NCBI GenBank assembly: GCA_038087875.1
Contig: CM075988.1
Coordinates: 6,510,001 to 6,574,000, forward strand
Length of the DNA stretch: 64,000 bases
Origin: Malacoraja senta
Lineage: Eukaryota
Direction: 5' to 3'
Shown here: positions 12,197-24,400 of the stretch, one piece after another
How positions within the stretch are numbered: the first letter of the stretch is position 1
Layout: every line of letters starts with the position of its first letter
Made by a program: the position numbers and the translations under genes
The notes under the pieces: generated by a model
Told to the model about the DNA's origin: nothing
Seen by the model: only the letters and a program-made list of their open reading frames with translations
Databases searched by the model: none

Positions 12197-12345
12197 GTAG
12201 GAAGGAACTACAGATGCTGGTTTAAACCAAAGATAGACACAAAAAGCTGGACTGAAGAAGAGTCTCGACCCGAAACGTCACCCATTGCTTCTCTCCAGAG
12301 ATGCTGCCTGTCCCACTGAGTTACTCTAGTTTTTTATGTCTATCT
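12197..12345. mobile_element. Inverted Penelope-like terminal remnant with hammerhead-like core at 12252-12279
   Basis: gtaggaaggaactacagatgctggtttaaacc... then CTGAAGAagagtctcgacccGAAACGTC. Confidence 0.7.
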
Positions 12346-12699
12346 CACGTAATGAGTGCAGGTGGGTGAGCTGCTCTGACCAGGACGCACACGGATGCAG
12401 CCTCAGGCACCATCATAGACCAGGGAGTAGGGCAGGGGGTATCCATCAGCAGCCACTGTAGCTGAATGTTGGGCACATTCCACTGCGAGTGTCTGTGCAG
12501 GATTCTAATTAGATGTGCGCCAGACGGACTCACGCCCCCACCAACCCCCAAAGTTCAAACCATCGGTTGTCCAACATGTCCTTCTTCAGGGAAAGCCTCC
12601 TTCCCGCGGTGCTCGGAAAGGGGAACATCCATTGGATAGGGTGAATGGGATGGGAAAGACTCATGTCCCTCATCGGAAAGTGAATGACTAGGTAATTGG

Positions 12700-13080
12700 G
12701 AGTTAAGGAAAAGTGTTCTCCCACCCAAGGGTGGTCAGGGTCTGGAACTCTGAGATGAAGGCAGGAAATCACTTGGATGGTCTCACACCGAGGACCAGAG
12801 GACATAGGTTAAAGGTGAAGGGGAAAAGATTTAATAGGAATCTGAGGGGTAACTTTTTCACACAAAGGGTGGCGGGTGTATGCAACAAGCTGCTAGAGAA
12901 GGCAGTTGAGGCTGGGATTATCCCAACATTTAAGAAACAGTTAGACAAGTGCATGGATCGGACAGGTGTGGAGGGATAAATGGACCAAACGTGGGCAGGT
13001 GGGACGAGTGTAGCTGGGACATGTTGGGCAAGTTGGGCCAATAGGGGTGTTTCCACACTGTATCACTCTATAACTCTATG
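12700..13080 (+). mobile_element. CR1 LINE 3' fragment
   Basis: Translates RTRGHRLKVKGKRFNRNLRGNFFTQRVAGVCNKL...TFKKQLDK. Confidence 0.85.
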
Positions 13081-13547
13081 TCTGCCTGGCCAACTGGGAA
13101 ATAGGGTTGGGCGCAATAACTCTTTTTAATCTGATATAAACTTAATGGGTCAAATGATCCCCATGTGTAAAGTTTTTAGTTCCGTCTGTGCCTTTTAAAT
13201 CTCAATTTAACCTACTTTTTATTATCTCCAATCATTTTATAAAAAAACGTGAGGAAAAGGTACCGAATTATCTCTTTTGTCCCTGGAAGAGATAGCTTGG
13301 AAATTTGCCTTTGATGTTTGGAGACCTTAGGAAATTCTTAAAGGTTAGCAAGCTTACTGTGGAATGTCTTCTGTAATTAATTAAAATGATTCAGATCCAA
13401 TAACTTGTTTCCACTTACACCTCCACAAATGAGGCAGTGGAGTCTTACAGAAATGATACCCCATAACTCGAGCTGGTACCCCATAACTCTAGCTTGTGCA
13501 ATGACGTGCATTATTAAGAACCTTCCTTATTTCAAATTGAAAGGAGA

Positions 13548-13935
13548 AAGAACTTGAATAATAAATCTACATTCCATATCTCATGTTTCTCAAAACATTT
13601 TTACAGCCAATCAATCACTTTATAATTACTTGCAGGGAATGGTGGGATATGAATCACGTGCAGGCAGAGGAGATAAGTTTAACTTTGTACCATGTTTGGC
13701 ATGGGCATTGTGGGATGAAGAGCCTGTGTTGTGCTATGTTTGATTTTGATGAAGAGTTACTGTTGCAGGAAAACCAGCAGCTCACACAATCACCAAGATG
13801 ATAACAGATATTTTGACTTTGCAATATTGGTTGGGCATAAGAAAAACTATTTAGTTCAAAACAGTGCATGGGGTTCATTTCCGTCTGCCTCGGCAACAGG
13901 GTAGGTAGGACCTTGTGTGAGAAACATCACCTTAA
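13548..13935 (-). mobile_element. Old Deu-domain SINE, degenerate
   Basis: aaagaacttg...caaaacatttttacagccaatc...atattggttggg...cagtgcatgggg resembles the reverse complement of the Deu domain. Confidence 0.45.
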
Positions 13936-14969
13936 GGTTGGAAAGGCTGGTGAAATGGGTGAAGAACTGTGAAGTTTGCATTTTAGCTTAGTTTAGTTCA
14001 CAGCAGATACAGCATAGAAACAGGCCCGTCGGCTCACCGAGCTCACGCCCTTCACACTAGGTGTAGGAAGGAACTGCAGATCGCTAGCTTACACCGAACA
14101 TAGATACCAAATGCTGGAGTAACTCAGCAGGTCAGGCAGCATCTCTGGAGAAAAGGAATTGGTGATGATTCGGGTTGAGACCCTTCTTCAGACTGGACAC
14201 ACCAGGGCCAGTTTACACAGGGCAATTAACCTATGAACCCACATGTCTTTCAGATGTGTGAACACGCAGTTTAGTAGGAATAACAGGATGACGAGGGGAC
14301 AATCATGACAGAGGTACAAGCTGGAGTATATATACATCGTTTGTGAAAGTAGACGACAGGATTTAAAGTGACTAACGAGCATTCTGGATTCTGTGCATAT
14401 TGAGAATCAAAGAATGAAGGTGATTGGAATAAGAATTTAAAAATGACGTGAGGAATATCTGTTCTGCAGGATCGGGATGCACTGCCCGTGATAATAAACT
14501 ATAATCCTTGATGGAAAAGTATTTACCTGTCTTGAGTTAACACCTTACCCTAATTCTTATGTTCCTAACATTAAGATACTGTCAAAAATCTCTGTCCACA
14601 CAACTCAATTAATTCTTCATCACAACTAAGTATCTTCTCCCTTTTCTATGAAATGCTTTGTTGCTTTTATTTTAGCATGCCATTAAGACCCTTGGATGCA
14701 AATAATTTTCCTAAATTAAAACCTGGAGAGTGAGCTCCTTTGATTGTTACTCTGTGCAGGGCATAATTGACTTGCCTAATCCTCTCCTCATTAAGAGACA
14801 TACAAATAATGCTTTGTCTGGAACCAAGGTTTAAGGCCCTCGATGGGAAGGGGATGAAAGGCAAGGTAAGACATCTCTCGTGGTTTCCATGAGATATGAT
14901 GGGAAGGGGAACGTGGTGGTTATTGAAGGTGGACCACATGGAGTCAATGAACATCTAAGCTGCGGCGTC

Positions 14970-15066
14970 AACCTGAAGAAGGGTCTCTACCCGAAACGTC
15001 ACCCATTCCTTCTCTCCAGAGATGCTGCCTGTCCTGCCAAGTTACTCCAGCATTTTGTGTCTATCC
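14970..15066 (+). mobile_element. Penelope-like terminal remnant with intact hammerhead-like core
   Basis: CTGAAGA-A-GGGTctctACCC-GAAAC-GTC at 14973-15000. Confidence 0.7.
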
Positions 15067-15999
15067 AAAACTGTGGCTCTACATTTGCCATTCCCTAACT
15101 CCTAGCTACCCCCTATGTGTTACTCATCTTTGCCACTCACACTATCTACTCCAGTCCTAGCTCCTTGTTTATTTACTTTCCTACCACGCTGCACCAATTA
15201 TCCTAACATCTTGCGGCTTCTGTTCATGGCCTTAAATCTATTGTGCCTCCTTCATTATTGTGCCCCCTTCCTCCTGTTATTCCTACTAAAATGCATGTAT
15301 GCACATCCCAAAGACATGGGGGTTCGTCAGTTAATTGTCCTCTGTAAACTAGCCCCAGTGTGTAGGGAGTGGATGAGAAAGTGGGATAACATAGAACACA
15401 TTGCAGCTTCTGCTCATCGTCTTTAATCTATTTTCTCACATTAGCCACCACCACCACTTCCATGCCTTGCCTAGGTGGAACTCTTGAATGTATGATACTA
15501 TAAAATGGGCAATTACAGCAATTCAGAAACCTGTTTAATAATTATCTTCATTTTTATTTTCAATTAATGTCAATGAAGCAATTATGGAGATATAAAATAG
15601 ATTCAAGAGACATTTATTGGCACATGCACCAATTAGTACAGTGAAATCTGGGGTCACCATACAGCCATACGAATAAAAAAGGACACAGAACACGATAGAC
15701 TTTAACATAAACATCCCCACACAGCGGAATCAAAGTTTCCCACTGTGAGGGAAGGCACCAAAGTTCAGTCATAATAAGCTGCAGTTCAGTTCAAATAAGC
15801 TGCAGATGTATTATTTCCCCCTTATTTCAGATCAGAGCAGTTAATTGTCATATGCTCCAAGGTGCAATGAGATTTCAAGTCAGCATGAGGCTCATACAGC
15901 AAGCAATAGGTACAATACTAAATACACCAAGGTAAGCAAAACAGCAGAATAGTGCAAAGATTGTGGTGAAATCTGAACTGTTATAAAGAAGTACCTCAG

Positions 16000-16283
16000 T
16001 TTAGAGACACAGCACGGAAATGGGCCCTTTAGCCCACATCGACCATCGATCACCCATTCACACTAGTTCTATGTTATACCAATTTCACATCCACTCCCTA
16101 CACATTAGGGCCAATTAACCTAGAAACCCGCAAGTCTTTGCTACGTGGGAGGAAACCAGAGCCAACCCATGCGGTCACAGGGAGAATGTGCAAACTCCAC
16201 ACAGAAAGTACCTAAGGTCAGGATCGGACACAGGTCCCCAGCGCTCTGGTAGCAGCTTTACCGGCTGCGTCACTGTGCCGCCC
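16000..16283 (-). mobile_element. V-type tRNA SINE
   Basis: Reverse-complement copy ending cactgtgccgccc. Confidence 0.8.
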
Positions 16284-18339
16284 TAGAAGGAAATGTGAAA
16301 GAGGTGAATGATTTAGGAGGTAGATAGCAGTGGAGAATGGACAGCCTGGCTTTCAAGCTCCTGAATTTTCTCCCAGAAGGTGGGAAAAGAGGGAATGGCC
16401 AGAATGGCAGGCATCCTAGATACTTCCAACCTTCCTGATTGAATGCATCATGAAGATGGACTGGTTAGTAGTGACGAGCCTGTAATTCATTTACTTCAGA
16501 ATGTTCAGTATTCACATTGATAGGTCCCAACCCAAAATGTAGTCTGCCATTTCCCTCCACAGATGCTGCCAGACCTCATGAGTTTCATCAGCACTTTGTT
16601 TTTTTGCTCAAAAAACCAGACTTCTTGCTTTGCAATTATACATAGGCAAGATTAGGTCTTCCCAAAACCACTTCATTCTGAAACCTGATCAATGACCCAA
16701 TAAGTAAAGCTTGAAATGCCCAAAATATTTATTTTCATTCCTTGTACCGAAAGTAAACATATTCTAGAAAGAGATCTACCAAAACTAAACCTGTATCTGA
16801 ACATTTTATTTTTCCATGGTTTGATTTCAAGTGAACCAAGGTTCAAAGAAGGAAGAAAAGCATTGCCTGGAGCAATGTCAGTTTTGGATTAAATGCTTTT
16901 TTTTTTGTCTAGTTGGATGAAAATGGAAGGTGGTTTCATTGGATGTGAGCCTGTTTTAATTGGCAGTCTGCTGGGCTTTTAGCAAAGCCCATTCACAGGG
17001 CAGCAGCATGAGGAAAGTTATTCCCTGGAATGTGGAGCGGTTGCTTTAAAATCAGGTAATCATCGGTCATTGGTTTAACATCGGAGCCCGCAGGTTGTCA
17101 TTACTGAGGCCTAGGTAGTAAGTCTAATCCAAAAGCGTAGTAAATACCATTGTGGAGTGTTTTGAAGACCCCAGCTGGGTCTTTAGTTGGTTCTATCTGC
17201 AGGATTCCCCACCCTCTGGGGAAGATTGAAAGCACCATGCTGGGCTCTACAGTTCCTTCTCTCTGGGGAGAGGAACAGAATCCTCCCTCAGGCTTTGCGA
17301 CTCACCACCTCTCCTCCTTGCCTGACCGCTTCAAGGGAAAATGCAATCAGTTCAGGGGCTAACAGGAGAATCCTACGAGCATTGGAAACGAGTGAACATA
17401 TTTTGATCACCGGCTGAAATGTTAGATATTGAAAACTTTCTGGATATAGCACTTAGTTTATAGAAATGAATCGTGGAAAAATGTAGAACCACAAAAGTTA
17501 ACAGGAAAAACAAATTTAAAATGTCTTAAACTGTAGTCAGGATGTGTAAATCTGGTTTGTAACCAAATATTTTCAGGTTTTTCCTCTTATTTCTTCTAAA
17601 CCTGGCACGCACAAGAGAAGTAAAATTGATTAAACTTGTGGAGTGTTCTGCTTTCTCTCAGATGGTGAGACATAGGAAAACAAATTATTTTGCCAAAGAT
17701 GGTTGGAGATTCTTAAAGAATAAGATTTGGCAGCTACCTCTGACTTAAAAGCATTATAATGTCTTTCTAAGGCAGCCCGTTGTCACTGAGGAGTCAAAGA
17801 TGGCTGTGCCTGGTTTTCTTCAAAATGGAGTGGCCATTGTATATTACTAGCTGCTACAGGGGCGTGACAGAGCAAGGATATTGTTCAATGGCAAGAAGCT
17901 CCAAGATGACTGGAGATCAGAGACACAAGGAACTGCAGATGCTGGAATCTTGAGCAAAACACAAAGTGCTGAAGGAACTCAGCTGGTCAGGTAGCATCTG
18001 TGAAGGGAATGGACAGGCAATGTTTCAGGTCGGGACCCTTCTTCAAGACGCTTCTGGAGATAAAGCTGTTACTGATAGCACACAGCTCCCATACGCAGAC
18101 ACAATCTGACACATGCAAACACATATGGATTAATTCTCCTGTTTGCCCCTCTCTACCCTAATCCACATCATCTCCCTTTTCTAACTCCTCACTCTTTTTC
18201 CTGGACCCCTCCCATCTTTTCATATCATCAACTCTTCCACTAACTCCTCCCTTCACATTCTTTTCCCCGAGTTTCCTCCCCTCCTTCACTCATTCCCATC
18301 CACCTGGTGACTTTGGTCCAATTATCAAGCTTCATGTTT

Positions 18340-18730
18340 AAGACATAGGATCAGAATTAGGCCATTCTGCCAATCGAGTCTGCTCTGCCATTCGATCATG
18401 GTTCCGTTCAGTTCAGGCTGATCTATTTTTCTTCCCCTCTCAACCCCATTCTCCTGCCTTCTCCCTATAACCTTTGACCCCCTCACTAATCAAGAACCTA
18501 TCAATCTTCACTTGAAAAACCATAATACAGCCACCAAATGTCAGCCAGCACAGCCAATCTGTGGCAATGAATTCCACAGATTCACTACCCTCTGGATAAA
18601 GAAATTCCTTCTCATCTCCATTCAAAAGGTATTTAAGAATTTCTCATTTCCATTATAAAGTTACATCCTTTTACTCTGTGGCTGCACCCTCTGGTCATAG
18701 ACTCTCCCACTGCTGTCCACATCCACACTA
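18340..18730 (-). mobile_element. CR1 LINE 3' fragment
   Basis: Reverse complement of the CR1 C-terminus/3' UTR (gaattccacagattcac, cattctcctgccttctcc). Confidence 0.75.
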
Positions 18731-19394
18731 GTTAGGTTTAATATGCCATGCCATGTGCCTTGTCTTGTTTACATAACGTACAAACAGTGAATGGTCAACT
18801 GAATCTTAGAGAGGCCTGAAATTGGAAACTGGCCAAAGCAACATTGGCAATAAATTCAGGAGATCACAGAGGTGTATTATGGTTTTGCCAAGAAACTGAC
18901 ATGGGTAAATTTGTAGAGTCATCTGTGGAAAGAGCAACAGTTAACATTTCAGATCTATGGTCCTTCATTCTAAAATTAAACGGCGAGTTCAGGTGAAGAA
19001 GAGTCCTAGACCTGAAACGTTTACTCTTTGTGTAGATATTATCTGACCTGCTGAGTGTTTCCAGCATTTTTCTGTTTTTATACCTGCAACAGGTAGCCGA
19101 GTGAGGCAGGGATGTGCCAAGACATAGTGAACAACTCGGAGTTAGATGGTGCTCATTCTTTGATTAGAAACCCCAACAGTGTATTTTGCTGCACCATCTT
19201 TTTGAAATGCAGGCCTTGCTCGCTACAGACAACCAGCGTGATCAAAGATTGATGACAGAGCCAAGAATATGACCCGAGTGGAGAGATGCTCCCCTTCCCC
19301 TCGACTCACTCACGTCGCCAGGTACACGCCTGTTGTACAGCACCTTGCCGCTAGAGGGCGCGGGCTGACACAGACCTCAGCGGCCAGCACTGGA

Positions 19395-19552
19395 CCCCGG
19401 ACCCTGAATACCCCTCACACCGAGGCCCCGGACCCTGAATACCTCTCACACCGAGGCCCCGGACCCTGAATACCCCTCACACCGAGGCCCCGGACCCTGA
19501 ATACCTCTTACACCGAGGCCCCGGACCCTGAATAATCTACACCCCGGGCCCT
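19395..19552. repeat. 31-bp minisatellite, 4 full copies plus a partial one
   Basis: Unit CCCCGGACCCTGAATACCYCTYACACCGAGG starting at 19395, 19426, 19457, 19488 and 19519. Confidence 0.95.
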
Positions 19553-19859
19553 GAGTTACTATTAACGTTGAGGCCGGCGCCGGTTGTCAGGCAGCAGCTG
19601 AAGGGTCAGAGGTCAGACTGCGGGCTCTCCCAAGGGAGGGGGGAGGAGACGGGGATGAGATGAAGAGGGGGGAATCTTAATATCAACCTGTCTTAAAATA
19701 TAAATCCGTCCTTGCGTTTCATGATTTAAACTTTAAATGAAAAAGGAGAATCGTATTTACAAGAGCTGGAGTGCGTTGAGTGGTGACAGAGGGAAGAGGG
19801 CTGAGTTTTTTTGGTCCCTAGTTTTCAACCCCCCCCCCCCCCATGGGGTTGGCAGAGTC

Positions 19860-20345
19860 GGGAGGGGGGCGGGGCTGTGTCCGCGGTCGGTGATGCGCAT
19901 GCGTGAGGGAGGGAGGGAGCTTGGTTTCTTGGTCCAAAATATTCCAAATGGAGTTTAAGCTGGAGCGGGAGCGGGAGCGCGCCCGGCGTCGGCGGGGACG
20001 CGCGCGCATGCGTGAGGTGAGGGGGGGGGGGGAAGCGGGCGGGAGCGAGCGCTAGAGGCAGGAGTCGAGCGAGCGAGCGAGCAGTCAGGGCGGCCGGGAT
20101 CTCCTCGCACGTCCATGGGAACGGCCAGAGTGGCGGCGGCGCTGCGCTGGCGTTAGGCGACCGAGGGCGGAGAGCCGACGGACAGTCGGAACCCAATGGA
20201 GCGGGCGGCTCGCAGTCGGGGTGTCCGGGATGTGCGGCCGCCGGGAGGAGCGTGTCGGCGGCAGCGGCGCTGAGAGGTGAGGGAGAGGGGGGATGGCTGA
20301 GGGCAAAGGGGGGGGGAGACGGAGTCACGGACTGCCTCCGGCTTC
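19860..20345 (+). promoter_or_regulatory. CpG-island promoter, probable CDON promoter/TSS region
   Basis: Very GC- and CpG-rich block in an AT-rich background. GC box GGGGCGGGGC at 19866-19875 and two NRF1-like GCGCATGCG motifs (~19894-19905, ~20003-20014). Lies upstream of the first CDON coding exon, which has its own splice acceptor. Confidence 0.75.
20040..20276 (+). other. CDON: Probable non-coding exon 1 (5' UTR) of CDON; start approximate
   Basis: Good donor GAG|GTGAGG at 20276/20277 at the downstream edge of the CpG island. The ATG exon is preceded by an acceptor, so an upstream exon is required. Confidence 0.55.
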
Positions 20346-22494
20346 AGATCCAGCCCCGATTTTCCTAGGCCACAACTCAGGCAGAACCCAGCTCTGACTT
20401 TAAAAACAAAAATACATCCATCCCAGCCCAACAATAGTTCGTGTGCGCAACTTTCCTGCAGGAAACTGTTGCTGTTCGTGCTTCAATGGAATCGGGGTGG
20501 TTCAGATTCAACTGTAGCCGGAGCAACAACAAAAGCCAGCTCCGGGCTCCAGTGGGAGAGCAGCATTGACTGGCAAGCGTACAAAACTGCAGAGCTCAGG
20601 CTAATTCAGACTGCAATGCTTCACAGTTTGAACGTGTGTGTGTGAGAGAGAGACAGAGAGAGAAAAAAACAAAGGTGGGGGAAACAGAGGAAGGCGACCA
20701 GGAGCTAGTGGGGAGCTATAAAGAAATGGAGATAAAAAAAAAGTGGAATAGAAGGAATAAAGAGAATAGAAGGAATAAAATGGAAGATGGAAAAGAAAAG
20801 TGAAAAGATACAGGGAGACAAAAAAGGCACTGATGTTGACAAATATTAATGGGAGAAAGAAGCTGGAAACATTTATAAATGGAAAGAGGTGGACAACACG
20901 GGCTGATGGGGGATGGAAATAAAAATGAAGGGATGGGGTGTTGGGAAAGAAGAGGGCAATGAAAGGAAGTTTAGAGATAGACCATAAATGACCGAGAGGG
21001 AAATAGAGCAAGGAGGTGACAGTAGGAAAACTGACTTTGACACTGAAGTGGAGATGGTAAGAGACCAAAAAATATAGAATGACAGAAACACATAGCAAGA
21101 AGTAAGGGAAAGTAAAGAGAGATATAGAGACACAACAGAAAGATTGATCTGAAGTCCCAGTCGGATATATGGGTATTGTTGACAGAAATTAGCTTGATGG
21201 CAAGCCAAGCCTTGTCGACAGCCTGTATGAGTAGAAAGCAGAGCCCTAGAACTGAACATTGAGAGTTGGTTAGAAAGAGCCATCATGATATTTGATTACA
21301 GTCTTTAAAAAAATGAGGATCCTTGTTTTTGCGGTTTTCTTTCCTCTGGGCAGGCCAGGAACCGTGGCTTGTTTTTGTTTTGCGGTGCTTGTATCGAGAA
21401 AGGGTTAAACAGTATTTACCCATTTAGCCCTTCTGCTAGCGCTTCTTTAAAATATTTTGAGTTGTTTAATTATTTCTTCATTGCACTGTATATATTTAGT
21501 GTCACTAATACAAGGAATTGTGTGAAATACCATGCTTTAGTTAAATCATAAGTACTGTAAAGTTTGCATATACTCAATTAAGTTTGCATTGTCCATGGTT
21601 ATTCCACAGTTGAATCTTTGTAAAGCAATAGTACCAATCCTCAGCACTCCAGTTACCTGTAATTCCTGAACACTGTCAACAGACATGCCAAACTTCATTT
21701 TGCACCATTGAGTTTGCATCCATATTTCTCGTCTCCTTATTTGTCAGCCTAGTGATTAGTAAGACATTTTCATAAACAGTTGCTTCATTCGGTGGATTGT
21801 TTCTAAATTGAAAATGTGTATAGTTGTACCAGCAAATTACAGAAAACATAAATTAACTTGTATGTCATGCTTGGAAATTTGTGGTGTGAAAAGACACTGT
21901 GTACCCAAAAGGCACAAAGATGCACACTGGATGATTATGCTTCAAAGTTGTTTTGATGTCAGTTGATGATAATTGTTTCTGGCATGGTATATTGTACTAG
22001 ACTTATTGGGATCTGTCACTTGGGTTGTTGATCTTCAATCTTGTTAGCTGTTCAGTCTTAAACCTAATCTAGTGCAGTGGGATTTTCTGTGTGCCCAGCT
22101 TTGAGGGATTTTTTGGCTTGAATTTGCAGATAGCTCTTGAATATGGTGTAGCTGTACAATTTGATCTGTATGGATCTGTGGACAATTTGATTACGACTAT
22201 CTTAAATAATAGTTTGGGTTTCTACACAAAACAGCTCAGGCAAACAAACAGTTTTTCTTCTGTTTCTTATTTGTGAAATGGTTATTTTCTTTGGGATTGA
22301 TAAAACCTTTATGTTTTAGTTATCCCCTTCTATTTATATTAATTTCATTCCTAATAATTGAGATAATGGAGTTCTCTCCGTGCAAGATGCACTGGACTTG
22401 TTACACTTTACCATGGGATTTTAATTTGTGTTGAGATGGTCTCCTTTTTTTATTGGTTCAATTGATGTGTACTTAAGAGGCTGTGCTAGAATTT

Positions 22495-22900
22495 AGTCGC
22501 CCATCGTAAATTGCCCTCGACGGTGGTGGTGAGCTGCCTTCTTGAACTATGGCAGTTCTTAAGATGTAGGTATACCCACATATAATGTTTTGATGTATAC
22601 CCACAATAATGCTTGGGATAAAGTTCTGAGATTATGATCCAATGATGAAGGGATGACAATATGTTTCCAATTCAGGATGGTGCAGGATTGGCAGGCAAAA
22701 TCTAGCCAGTGGTGTTCCTTTCCTTTTGTTGCCCTTTAGCTGGTTGGTTTGGAAGGTACAGTCGAGAGAGTCTTAGTTGCTGCTATGCATCTGCAGGTGG
22801 TAGAAATACGATGGTGGAGCAAGTAAATGGTTATACATGGGTGCCTATCAAATGGTGCAAAGTTGCTGGGTGTGTTGTTGAAGTTGCATTTATGTAGGCA
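22495..22900 (-). mobile_element. Old LINE 3' relic (opposite-strand relative at about 28580-28840)
   Basis: gcccatcgtaaattgccc...ggtggtggtgagctgccttcttgaac...tttccaattcaggatggtg. Reverse-complement similarity to catcctgacctggaaat at about 28758. Confidence 0.5.
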
Positions 22901-24094
22901 AGTCCCAATACTGACTGTCCCACACAAAACCTTCCACCTTCACCAAAAAGTCACATGTAATATATTAATTACAGTTATTAATTTTGTACTATAAGTTTGT
23001 AATAATGTTTTAATCTGTTATTTTTCACAATTTTTTCTTTATTAAAAATGTTGTTACTGTTCTCATGGTGATATTGATGGGGGGGACAGTTAACTCTTCT
23101 CATGTGAACATTTATTTCCTTAGTTTTTAAAAACTTGTCAAAATACTTGGAGTTGGACAGATAACATGTCCTTACAAAAGCATTGTTGCTGTTCAGTACA
23201 CAGCATTTATTGATCCCCTCTTGAATGGAAATATTCTCAGTCATTCTCCATATGTCAAGTATCCTTTCAAATGTTGTATAAGATAAATAAGAGTTTAAGA
23301 ATCTTGCAGCGAAAGAAAGGGGAACCATTTCTTAAAGACAATTCTAGGTGTGCTTTGGCAACTTGTTCAAACATTAATTAGAGCTTTTTTTTAAATTAAA
23401 GGACATTGTAACCGTAGATAGTGCTGTACATTTGTACCGGACATAATTCAAATTGCAACATTCCTTGGTGGAATTATGAAATCACCCCTACTGTGCTAGT
23501 GTGTACTGAAGATAAAAGATAACACCCAATATGGGGCCTGTGCATAAAAGGAGAATTTGAAGCAGGTGAAGTACTAACAATCTGAAATGGATTTGGTGTG
23601 TTCTTTTCTCTTAAAATTATTGGTTCCAGTACAATAGAACGCAGAGACCAAAATCAGTTAAAAGGGTTAATAATGACATGTTAGCTTCCTGAGAAACTAA
23701 CGAGGCAAACAGGTGGTTTGGACCATAGAAAGCAATTGCTTTGCTCAATTTCCCATGTGTTTCATATGTTGTCTTAGTCACAGTACTCGTACACCAGATT
23801 TAATACTTGGTCAACAGCGTGTGCTTATTAAATTTCTTGAGGTTAACTTGAGAAAAATGTTCTATCGGCACCTAGTGAGATCTGCAAGTCTAAAACAAAA
23901 TCTTCTGCTTACTTATAGCGGGGATTCCCGTACTATACCTACGACTGTTACTGTTATTCGGCTGTCTATTTCTGTTAGTTTCACACAGGCAGTGCACAGC
24001 CAAGGTCAGCCAGAACTGGCCAGATATTCCAAGCTCCACTACCAAAACCAGCAAGGCTCCAAGACCATGAAGCTATAAAAATTGGAGTATTTTA

Positions 24095-24400
24095 GATTTT
24101 TAGAGATACAGAATGGAAGCAGGCCCTTCGGCCCACCGAGTCAATGCCGACCATCGATTGCCCTTACACTCATTCTGTGGGATCACAGAATTAGTGTGAG
24201 GATAATGTGGACTCCCTTTCACATCCTGCACATTTGTGGCAATTTATACAGCCAATTAACCTGCACGTCTTTGAAATGTGGGAGGAAACCGGAACACCTG
24301 GAGAAAACCCATTCAGTCATAACGTTCGTGCAGACAGCACCCGCAGTCAGGATCAAACTCAAGTCTCTGGCACTGTAAGGCGGTAGCTCTACCACTGCGC
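24095..24400 (-). mobile_element. V-type tRNA SINE
   Basis: aggcccttcggcccaccgagtc...gggaggaaaccggaacacctggagaaaaccc...ctctaccactgcgcc. Confidence 0.82.

Noticed and set aside
12728-12738. GLI-like site (AGGGTGGTC); also GACCACACA at 26508
   Set aside because: One-mismatch 9-mers are expected by chance in 64 kb, and the first lies inside a CR1 relic.
19395-19552. CRISPR-like array
   Set aside because: Contiguous tandem units with no unique spacers, in a vertebrate context.
19737-21286. ORFs over the promoter and the purine-rich tract
   Set aside because: Low-complexity products of the CpG island and the GA-rich strand bias.
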